Assembly (NCBI GenBank): GCA_041736175.1
Contig: JBGSUI010000030.1
Location: 1-13,921, forward strand
Reading direction: 5' to 3'
Source: Oligoflexales bacterium
Lineage (GTDB): Bacteria > Bdellovibrionota_B > Oligoflexia > Oligoflexales > CAIYRB01
Length of the DNA stretch: 13,921 nt
Under the pieces are notes generated by a model that ran no database searches, was not told the origin of the DNA, and saw only the letters and a program-made list of their open reading frames with translations. Positions 1-6,314 of this stretch are shown here, one piece after another. How positions within the stretch are numbered: position 1 is the first letter of the stretch; each line of letters begins with the position of its first letter. A program made the translations under genes and the position numbers.

Positions 1-123
1 AGATCAATCCTTAAAAGCAACGACCTTGATGCCTATTGGAAATATCATATTGAGCAGGAGTTTTGTAGAAATCATGTAAAGAAATTCTCTAACTCAATGA
101 AATTCATCAGAAAATCATTGTAA
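1..123 (+). CDS. C-terminus of an ISKra4-family transposase (partial, runs off the left edge)
   Basis: Not in the ORF track. Frame 1 reads RSILKSNDLDAYWKYHIEQEFCRNHVKKFSNSMKFIRKSL*. This resembles the ISKra4 transposase C-terminal motif as I recall it (LR..gDfdaYW.fHl.qE..RnH). Confidence 0.75.
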   Translation, partial: RSILKSNDLDAYWKYHIEQEFCRNHVKKFSNSMKFIRKSL

Positions 124-258
124 AAAAACTACTGCACCCAAGTCATTAAATGTGTCGTCTTTAACGCTTTTAAACTCGAATTTGTGTCCAGACAACAGTT
201 CTTTATATACAATTTCAGCATCTTCTTTAATTTTTTCTAAACTCTCTAACTTCTTCAT
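115..258 (-). pseudogene. Hypothetical gene probably truncated by the IS insertion
   Basis: ATG at 258 has GGGAG upstream and reads MKKLESLEKIKEDAEIVYKELLSGHKFEFKSVKDDTFNDL. The last residues (GAVVFLQ*) are read through the IS end at 139-115. Confidence 0.5.
122..139. mobile_element. Putative right terminal inverted repeat of the ISKra4-like IS
   Basis: AAAAAAACTACTGCACCC follows the transposase stop directly and resembles ISKra4-type ends (...AAAAGAGCYGCACCC). The partner end is outside the window. Confidence 0.6.
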
Positions 259-457
259 AACTATGTCTCCCGTAAAAATCAATTCCTCTATGCCCAGGGA
301 TTTATCTCGGATTATGTCATGTTTCGCTAAAAGGAAATTAGTCAAAATATTTATAACATGTTGATTTAAAACAATATAATAATCACAAAATGAATACATA
401 GTTTAGTTTGACCCCACCTGTCATAGTCTGTCTCGATAAGAATCATGTAGGAGGGCA

Positions 458-739
458 ATGCCAATGAGAAAGAAGGAGTTACCAAACGAAGAAAAAATAG
501 AAGTCCTGAAATCTTTGGCTAAAAATGAGGATTGTGGGGTTCGAATATTCACTGAGATAGTATCTGATGACCCCGGGGTTCAAATAGGCAACCACAACAA
601 ATCCAAAATATTTATTAATGACAATGATGAGATATTCATAATCGAGGAGAAATCACCGATCGATTCTTTGATAGAAATGAAAATGACCAACAGGTATTTG
701 AAAGAAAAAAGTTTCAGTTTAGAACGATTGGCTGCATAA
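458..739 (+). CDS. Hypothetical chimeric protein: LRV/HEAT-like fragment fused to a copy of the core of the downstream lipoprotein
   Basis: AGGAGG RBS. The N-terminus has EVLKSLAKNEDCGVR (L..LA.D.d..VR-like). The segment TEIVSDD...YLKEK is near-identical to ORF 1140-1541. Confidence 0.55.
   Translation: MPMRKKELPNEEKIEVLKSLAKNEDCGVRIFTEIVSDDPGVQIGNHNKSKIFINDNDEIFIIEEKSPIDSLIEMKMTNRYLKEKSFSLERLAA
549..710 (+). repeat. 162-bp direct repeat, copy 1
   Basis: Ungapped manual alignment to 1201-1362 gives 12 mismatches in 162 bp. Confidence 0.95.
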
Positions 740-753
740 CAAAAGGAGTTACT

Positions 754-951
754 ATGATAAAAATAGGACCTTACACGGCTGCCAAGGAAGCCAGGGGGTA
801 CAGTGTCTCTGCTGTAAGTGGACACTCAACCTCAGTCTTTTTATTTAAGAGAGAGAAGCAAGCAATGGAGTACTTCTTGAAACTGATCACCGTAGCGAGT
901 GATAAGACTACGGAAGAACTAGAAACATTTGAAAGGAATAATCATGACTAA
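754..951 (+). CDS. Small hypothetical protein (65 aa)
   Basis: AAGGAG RBS before the ATG; same orientation as its neighbours; no recognisable motif. Confidence 0.5.
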   Translation: MIKIGPYTAAKEARGYSVSAVSGHSTSVFLFKREKQAMEYFLKLITVASDKTTEELETFERNNHD

Positions 952-958
952 GGCAAAA

Positions 959-1002
959 GGATTGGGAAACGAGGGAAGCTGACACTCCTTGAATCCCAAT
1001 CC
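959..1002. other. Stem-loop / inverted repeat
   Basis: GGATTGGGA (959-967) pairs perfectly with TCCCAATCC (994-1002), with a weaker inner stem. No clear U-tract on the + strand. Confidence 0.55.
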
Positions 1003-1121
1003 CTTCGAATCAAAATTTGTCAATCAGATCGCTGGTTGATCTATCTAAAGATATGGGTTGGGGTGTTAGAAGAGAGGTCGCTAAAAATAGGAAACTATAT
1101 AATCTAGAGCAAATATTTTAG
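993..1121 (+). pseudogene. Leucine-rich-variant (LRV)/HEAT-like repeat gene remnant
   Basis: After the TGA at 990-992 the frame reads IPIPSNQNLSIRSLVDLSKDMGWGVRREVAKNRKLYNLEQIF*. This matches the LRV consensus N.n.p...L..La.D....VR..VA.N. No good start codon. Confidence 0.5.
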
Positions 1122-1139
1122 CAAAAAACAGGGGGATAA

Positions 1140-1541
1140 ATGATGTTTAAATATCTGATAATTCTTATGTTAGGATGTTCCAAATTTGAACCAAATAAGC
1201 TCACTGAGATAGTATCTGATGACCCTGGAGTTCAAATAGGCAACCACAACAACTCCAAAATAATGATTAATGATAATGATGAGATATTCATCATCGAGGA
1301 GAAATCACCGATCGATTCATTGATTGAAATAGAAATGACCAACAGCTATTTGAAAGAAAAAATAGGAATCGATGCATTCGAAATTAACGCATGCAAAAAA
1401 GATCTGTCAGATTTTCGACTGGGAGGAAATGGTTCTTACACGAAAGTGGACCTTCAAAAGTTGATTGTTGATGAGGAGATCTCTGTGTCGAAGCTTGGGC
1501 TTAATGATGAAAGGCAACCAATTATTTTAAAAAAAGTTTGA
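1140..1541 (+). CDS. Putative lipoprotein of unknown function
   Basis: MMFKYLIILMLGC is a short hydrophobic stretch ending in a lipobox-like MLGC; GGGGGA RBS upstream. Confidence 0.6.
   Translation: MMFKYLIILMLGCSKFEPNKLTEIVSDDPGVQIGNHNNSKIMINDNDEIFIIEEKSPIDSLIEIEMTNSYLKEKIGIDAFEINACKKDLSDFRLGGNGSYTKVDLQKLIVDEEISVSKLGLNDERQPIILKKV
1201..1362 (+). repeat. 162-bp direct repeat, copy 2
   Basis: Partner of 549-710, offset 652 bp, encoding the same reading frame. Confidence 0.95.
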
Positions 1542-1568
1542 TTTGTTGAAAAATATAATCGCGAAAAA

Positions 1569-1805
1569 ATGTTGAAGAAAAGACTTGGAGTCATCCTTCA
1601 AAACACAGGAAATCAACGGGAAGAATGTGAAGCAAACCTAAGGGAGGCAAGGCTGAGAAATGGACTTAGTCCCACAAAAAAGATGGCAGATGGTTACTTC
1701 ACCTCCACAGGTGTTTGGGTGGAATTAAGTGGGTCGGAAAAAAATCTAGATGATGCCTTTGAAAAAGATGCCATAAATAAAAGGCTTTCAATTCATCCTC
1801 GTTGA
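1569..1805 (+). CDS. Hypothetical protein (78 aa)
   Basis: ORF only; weak RBS and no motif recognised. Confidence 0.4.
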   Translation: MLKKRLGVILQNTGNQREECEANLREARLRNGLSPTKKMADGYFTSTGVWVELSGSEKNLDDAFEKDAINKRLSIHPR

Positions 1806-1855
1806 TGGAATTATCTGACAAATGCCACAATTTCTATTCCGCGCTCATAGCGATA

Positions 1856-1960
1856 TTTCTCTAGGTCAACGAGTGCCATCTTCGGGCTGGAGCGTTACCA
1901 TTGACTAGGTACTCTTGGTCTTGTGGTGCTTGATCACGAGTACCTCTAGTGACCTCGAAA
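1856..1960 (+). ncRNA. Candidate multi-stem structured element (RNA or ssDNA)
   Basis: Outer stem AGGTCA (1863-68)/TGACCT (1950-55) plus TTTC/GAAA; a cUUCGg-capped hairpin at 1876-1890; a long hairpin at 1904-1950 with core AGGTACTC/GAGTACCT. Confidence 0.35.
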
Positions 1961-2016
1961 GTTTGAAATGTTCCATAGCCAACCTTTCTTAAGCCATTCC
2001 TGGGTTTCTGGGACTT

Positions 2017-2056
2017 TGTCCGAAAATCCGGGAATCAATGTCCGAAAATCCGGGAA
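2017..2056. repeat. Perfect 18-bp direct repeat, two copies, 22-bp period
   Basis: TGTCCGAAAATCCGGGAA at 2017-2034 and 2039-2056. Confidence 0.95.
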
Positions 2057-2241
2057 CTCCCCCTATACCTGCCTCCCAATGCTCATTGATCAAATCCACG
2101 AAAGATCTAGGTTTTTTGCCAAATTTTAGGTAACGCTAATTTCTAAAACCCATTGAATTACAGGCAAAAATCAAGTCAAGAGCTGCTACCAAGATCTGTT
2201 CTCACTCTCCGAAAGGGCCCCCAAAAAAAGTTGCCAAGTAG

Positions 2242-2258
2242 TTGGCCTCCTTTTTGCG
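2242..2258 (+). promoter_or_regulatory. Putative sigma54 (RpoN) -24/-12 promoter for the tra operon
   Basis: TTGGCCTCCTTTTTGCG has GG (2244-45), exactly 10 nt, then GC (2256-57), i.e. TGGC-N7-TTGC. It lies ~50 bp upstream of the first ATG (2306). Confidence 0.55.
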
Positions 2259-2305
2259 AAGGGTATTTGAGTAGGGCCGATCATCGGCACTGAAAGTTAA
2301 GGAGC

Positions 2306-3208
2306 ATGGACATGAACAAAATAGTTCTAATTTTGGTGATATCGGCGGTGACGCTGCAGTCATTGGCCCTAAGGGCAGAAGAGAGTCGAGTCAATACTGT
2401 CGAAACAAGGCCCGCAAACATGCTGTTACCGCAGCCATCGGTAACCGATGTCAAACGCGGGGCAGCGGCGATAAAGATTCCCAAAGACCTAAAAGTTCCT
2501 GAAGAATGGATCCCACTCCTAAACCGTGCGTTTGAAGAATACTGGATGGAGGGCAGCCATCGGCCCGATGCTGGTTTTGTACTGTTTGCGAGAAATCCAT
2601 CAAAAGAAACCGCAAAGCTTTGGCTGCTCAGGATGGAGTCAAAGGCGCAAAACCTTGAGGTGTTATTTGGATATGTAAAAGAGGCTCAAAAGGACCTGGT
2701 AGGCGGGGGTTTGATGGTTGATAGGTTCAATATGGTGAGTCAGGCATCGGCTACACCTACAGGACTTCTTGGTAAAAATCAGTCCCAGAGCAACCCTCCT
2801 AATCTGTCTCGCGCTGGTCTGGATGATATCGAGTTCTATTTTCTCTTCTCACCGACCTGTCCTCATTGTGCGCGACTGGCACAATCTCTCGTTGGATTTC
2901 CGAATGTTCATCCTCTCCAGGTAACTGCCGGTGAGATTGTAAACTGGCCGGGGCTTCCTGACTCAGATCGAGCGACTCCAGAGACCATTGCGGCCTATGT
3001 TAAAGATGGCGATCAACCTGGTGGCGTCCCTGTTTTGGCTATCTTTCATCCAAAAACCAATCGAGTTCTGAAGCTGCGCGGAGCCCGCAGTGCTCAGGAG
3101 ATCCTGACGGCTGCGGCGGTTGTCCAGAATCAATCAAAAGCTAAATGGACCTATCCCGGTCCGGTGCATCCGTCACTTCTGGGCTCGGATCAACTTAATA
3201 GCAATTAA
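2306..3208 (+). CDS. traF: TraF/TrbB-like periplasmic thioredoxin-fold protein
   Basis: AAGGAG RBS and signal peptide. FARNPSKETAKLWL resembles the TraF nPT.eN..y motif; YFLFSPTCPHC gives a CxxC; GVPVL is the cis-Pro loop. First gene of the T4SS operon. Confidence 0.65.
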   Translation: MDMNKIVLILVISAVTLQSLALRAEESRVNTVETRPANMLLPQPSVTDVKRGAAAIKIPKDLKVPEEWIPLLNRAFEEYWMEGSHRPDAGFVLFARNPSKETAKLWLLRMESKAQNLEVLFGYVKEAQKDLVGGGLMVDRFNMVSQASATPTGLLGKNQSQSNPPNLSRAGLDDIEFYFLFSPTCPHCARLAQSLVGFPNVHPLQVTAGEIVNWPGLPDSDRATPETIAAYVKDGDQPGGVPVLAIFHPKTNRVLKLRGARSAQEILTAAAVVQNQSKAKWTYPGPVHPSLLGSDQLNSN

Positions 3209-3224
3209 AGAAAGGAAGGTACAC

Positions 3225-3554
3225 ATGGTCTTAAAAGCTCAAAAAACGATTTTTGTCCTATGGTTTTTAGATCTCTTGATGAGCTCTAAAATCGCAATGG
3301 CTGACTGGAAGGAGCCATTTAACATCGCCATGTCCCAAGGTGATGCTCTGAATGTAGCCGCAGATGGCTCTGGCGCAGCAACCACCCTCACCTGGGGTGC
3401 GAGGGGCCTAGCTGTCGTAGCGGCAACGATCCTACTTAGCATGTGCGCGACGCGGATTCACCGCGAAGACTATTACGGAGCACTGATCACGTTTGTGGGC
3501 GCACTCATAGCCGGCGCAAGTCCTTATCTATCAACCGTTTTATTTTTAGGATAA
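3225..3554 (+). CDS. Putative conjugative pilin 1 (TraA/VirB2-like)
   Basis: 109 aa from ATG 3225 (AAGGAAGG RBS). Leader ending AMA, then two hydrophobic helices separated by a short charged loop (RIHREDY). Lies upstream of traL-E-K-B. Confidence 0.6.
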   Translation: MVLKAQKTIFVLWFLDLLMSSKIAMADWKEPFNIAMSQGDALNVAADGSGAATTLTWGARGLAVVAATILLSMCATRIHREDYYGALITFVGALIAGASPYLSTVLFLG

Positions 3555-3568
3555 AGGGAGGTTTACAC

Positions 3569-3934
3569 ATGAACCACAGAAGAATTGTTATTTTCTCTCG
3601 AATCATCATGCTCGCCGCTCACTTGAGCCTCTTTGTTCTCGCTTGGGCAGCTCCTGGACCACAAGCCAACGACGGGGTGGCCTTTGCGCAACAGGGAGGA
3701 CAGAGGGCGCTGCTGTCTGATCCTGATGGACTACTTCGGGGTAACCCTAAAGCGAAAGATGCCATTGGGCTGATCAACTGGATCCTTATGGTTTCATGCG
3801 CAGTGCCGGCAACCATGTTTACCATTCATTCCGGTAAGAGGTTTAACGACCAGGAGTATGGCGCGGCGTTCGGGTCTGCTATTGGGGCTGTTATTGCGGG
3901 TCTTGGTGGATATTTAGCGTTTTCATTTATTTAA
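3569..3934 (+). CDS. Putative conjugative pilin 2 (paralog of pilin 1)
   Basis: 121 aa from ATG 3569 (GGGAGG RBS). Leader ending AWA, two hydrophobic helices with loop KRFNDQEY. 14 of 46 residues identical to pilin 1, ungapped. Confidence 0.6.
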   Translation: MNHRRIVIFSRIIMLAAHLSLFVLAWAAPGPQANDGVAFAQQGGQRALLSDPDGLLRGNPKAKDAIGLINWILMVSCAVPATMFTIHSGKRFNDQEYGAAFGSAIGAVIAGLGGYLAFSFI

Positions 3935-3951
3935 ATGGAGGGGAATAGGTC

Positions 3952-4233
3952 ATGAAGAAATCAAAGCCAATGATCAATGTTTCGCACGATGTCAGGACCA
4001 GAAGGTCTTATACCTTAACTGATGCAGCAGCCAAAATCTTAGAGTCATACACTCGGTTTCTGTCTGATCATATGAATTTTCGGGTGTCCCCTGGAGAGAT
4101 TGTCAGCAAGTTGGTTTTAAAACTCTGTCGCGATGAGCTGTTTATGAAATGGCAACAAGAGACGAGTGATAAAGAAATACCTTCAAAAAGTCTCAAAAAT
4201 CATTCATCGAAAGGAGAAACACCGAATGTATGA
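3952..4233 (+). CDS. Small ribbon-helix-helix / DUF2274-like protein, putative DNA-binding regulator
   Basis: GGAGG RBS. Alternating beta-strand RTRRSYTLT, then helices DAAAKILESY and PGEIVSKLVLKL, and RD.LF..W near the end, reminiscent of DUF2274. Confidence 0.5.
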   Translation: MKKSKPMINVSHDVRTRRSYTLTDAAAKILESYTRFLSDHMNFRVSPGEIVSKLVLKLCRDELFMKWQQETSDKEIPSKSLKNHSSKGETPNV

Positions 4234-4564
4234 TTACGGACAGGTAAAACGCTACCATATTGAAAACGTCGATCACGAGATTCATATCCTCGGCGTCAAA
4301 CTCGGTTATTTCCCCTATTTGCTTTGGGGTTTTTTGCTGGGATTGATGGCTGGTGGCCCTCTACTCGCATTGGGGAGCGTTGTCCTTGTGATCATGCTTT
4401 GTCGTTACTGTTACGCACTAGAGACTAGGGGCGAACCTATTACCCTAAATCCACGATTGATGGTCCTTATCCAGAGGTTACCTCGGTCTCTACGAGAGCA
4501 CCTAAGGACCCTTCTACCTAGTCTTGGGGCGATTGAGTTTCCACGCAAACTGTATCGGGAATAG
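4226..4564 (+). CDS. traL: TraL (VirB3-like) inner-membrane pilus assembly protein
   Basis: 112 aa from ATG 4226 (AAGGAG RBS). RYHIENVDHEIHILG is like TraL r.Y.ip..lD.p..ilg; a TM hairpin; C-terminal P..R.Y. Directly upstream of traE. Confidence 0.7.
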   Translation: MYDYGQVKRYHIENVDHEIHILGVKLGYFPYLLWGFLLGLMAGGPLLALGSVVLVIMLCRYCYALETRGEPITLNPRLMVLIQRLPRSLREHLRTLLPSLGAIEFPRKLYRE

Positions 4565-4573
4565 GAGGATCAA

Positions 4574-5374
4574 ATGAATAAACTACAAGAAAGATTAGAG
4601 CGTTTAACCGCTTGTTTTGGCAAACCCAGAAACATTTTAACATTAGGTCCGAGTGAACTAACTGACCAGGATCTTAGGGATAAGGGATCGTACCTCGATG
4701 AACTGGCAGGAGCAAAGGCGAGAGCCAAACTCTGGCGAAGCGTTGCGGCGTGGACATCGGGAGCTTGTTTGCCACTGGCACTCTTGGTTATAGGACTTGC
4801 GGTTTGGAACATCAAAAATGCTGACCGAACCCAAATCATCCTTTCACCAGCGGTTCAGCGCTTTGAGATAGCAACGCCTGGGCAGGTAACGGACAGCTAC
4901 ATTAAGGCGGCTTTTGAGCATGTTTCAGAGCGAAATTCGTCATGGACCTTCGAAACAATCGAGGAAAACTACCAAGATCTTTTTCAGCACTACTACTCAA
5001 ATGATCTGAGTACTAGAACCAAGGCGAACCTCAGTGAATCGGGTCGATTTGAACAGGTCAAGCAAAACAAAATGGTCTCTACCTACAAGATCGATCGCGA
5101 CCGAAGTGAGTACACTTGGTGCGCGGCTCTCAACCTAGCTTGTGGGTTGGTGGTTGGTCGGCAAACCCTTTATATCGATGCCAACCAGCCATACCGCGCT
5201 GACGACAGTGCTTACCTTATTTTCTCTGAGAGCATCTACCCAACAAAAATTAATCCATTCGCCCTGCGCATAACTCGGCTTGTGATAGGCGACTACGAGC
5301 CACTCAAGAAAGCGCTGGAGGCGGCAAAGAAAGGGGAGCTTCCCAATGACATTGCTAGCAAAACATTTCAATAA
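4574..5374 (+). CDS. traE: TraE (VirB8-like) protein
   Basis: Single TM, then RTQIILSP...VTDSYIKA...NSSWTFETIEENY, matching the TraE pattern (rtil.Pp...d..Yl...ln.tp.nv). Position between traL and traK. Confidence 0.75.
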   Translation: MNKLQERLERLTACFGKPRNILTLGPSELTDQDLRDKGSYLDELAGAKARAKLWRSVAAWTSGACLPLALLVIGLAVWNIKNADRTQIILSPAVQRFEIATPGQVTDSYIKAAFEHVSERNSSWTFETIEENYQDLFQHYYSNDLSTRTKANLSESGRFEQVKQNKMVSTYKIDRDRSEYTWCAALNLACGLVVGRQTLYIDANQPYRADDSAYLIFSESIYPTKINPFALRITRLVIGDYEPLKKALEAAKKGELPNDIASKTFQ

Positions 5375-6314
5375 TTTGGTTCTATTTTGTACGACTATCG
5401 CTGGATTTTTGGTCCATTCAGGTTACAGCCAGGCCCAGGAGATCTACTATTTCAGCGACCGCGCTCGTGATCTAGAGGTTTCGGCAGAGTCGGAAACTTT
5501 ATTGTCTTTCCCTGTGCCTCCCTTTGCCAGAGTGTGTCAACCGGCTGGGATTATCGAACTTTACCCCGTGGAAAGCACCAATGATCTTGATAACTTTCTG
5601 ATCCCAAGAGGTATCCAGAGCTCCCAGATTGGTGGCCTGCCACCAACCGCTGGTGTCTCGGATCATGGAGTGGCAGCGGAAGGTGGCGGTGCTTCAGATC
5701 TCGTCGCTCGGCACCTGAAGCTGGTTCCCAAGCGTACATCGGGTACGACTACCTGTGCCATCAGGCTCACCAATGAGCAGGTGATCAACGTGCGTCTGAC
5801 CCTGTCAAAAATGGTGAGTAAACCGATTATTGAGTTTCGAAGCATGATGGAAAAAGCTAAATCGGGAGCTGTATTGAGTCAGACCCTTGGCCCTATCAAT
5901 CTCTTTAGGGCCTTTGTATCAGGGGGCGACTTGGCTTTTCTTGCTGAGGAAACCCCGTCGGAATCAAGTGGAATTGGACGCGATGGGTCATCGTCATCCC
6001 GCCAACTGAGGAGGTCAACATCAATTGGCTCCTATCAACTCGTTTACGTTGGGACTGACAAAGACCTTTACAAGGCTTGGAAGTTTGAAGGAACCGCGGG
6101 GCGGGACTTCTCGGGATTACAGGCCCTAAAAGATGCCAAACTTGGAGAATTTTATTTTTCGACATTCACCACATTCAGAGCTCGAGACCTGGAATCATCC
6201 GCAAAAATAGCGACGAATCCAAGGCCGATTTTTCGCAAAGGTGATGAGTTTCTATTCTACGTCCTCTCCCGTGGCGATGTTTCACCCAAAGAAATGATGG
6301 AGAGACTGCCATGA
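5346..6314 (+). CDS. traK: TraK (VirB9-like) outer-membrane core complex protein
   Basis: Signal peptide ending SQA; LEVSAESETLLSFP resembles the TraK N-terminal motif. The call rests mainly on position between traE and traB. Confidence 0.6.
   Translation: MTLLAKHFNNLVLFCTTIAGFLVHSGYSQAQEIYYFSDRARDLEVSAESETLLSFPVPPFARVCQPAGIIELYPVESTNDLDNFLIPRGIQSSQIGGLPPTAGVSDHGVAAEGGGASDLVARHLKLVPKRTSGTTTCAIRLTNEQVINVRLTLSKMVSKPIIEFRSMMEKAKSGAVLSQTLGPINLFRAFVSGGDLAFLAEETPSESSGIGRDGSSSSRQLRRSTSIGSYQLVYVGTDKDLYKAWKFEGTAGRDFSGLQALKDAKLGEFYFSTFTTFRARDLESSAKIATNPRPIFRKGDEFLFYVLSRGDVSPKEMMERLP

Noticed and set aside
152..825. ORFs 152-364 (+) and 580-825 (-), and the 259-399 extension of the minus-strand ORF
   Set aside because: The first two are shadow frames opposite better-supported genes and lack an RBS. 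The extension lacks an RBS, whereas ATG 258 has one.
549..1362. Diversity-generating retroelement TR/VR pair
   Set aside because: The 12 mismatches are not confined to adenines of either copy on either strand, they cluster at third codon positions, and there is no reverse transcriptase in the window.
1905..1976. Minus-strand 23-aa ORF (MEHFKLSRSLEVLVIKHHKTKST) with an AAGAAAGG RBS, as a type I toxin
   Set aside because: The peptide is not hydrophobic and is too short to support. It overlaps the hairpin region and may be chance.
2017..2056. CRISPR array
   Set aside because: Only two 18-bp units separated by 4 bp; no spacers and no cas genes.
2086..2093. TTGATCAA palindrome as an FNR box
   Set aside because: FNR requires TTGAT-N4-ATCAA; the spacer is absent.
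1806..2305. Definite oriT nic site or attL site
   Set aside because: I could not match any known nic consensus, and there is no tRNA fragment or integrase. Kept only as a hypothesis under the hairpin and repeat findings.
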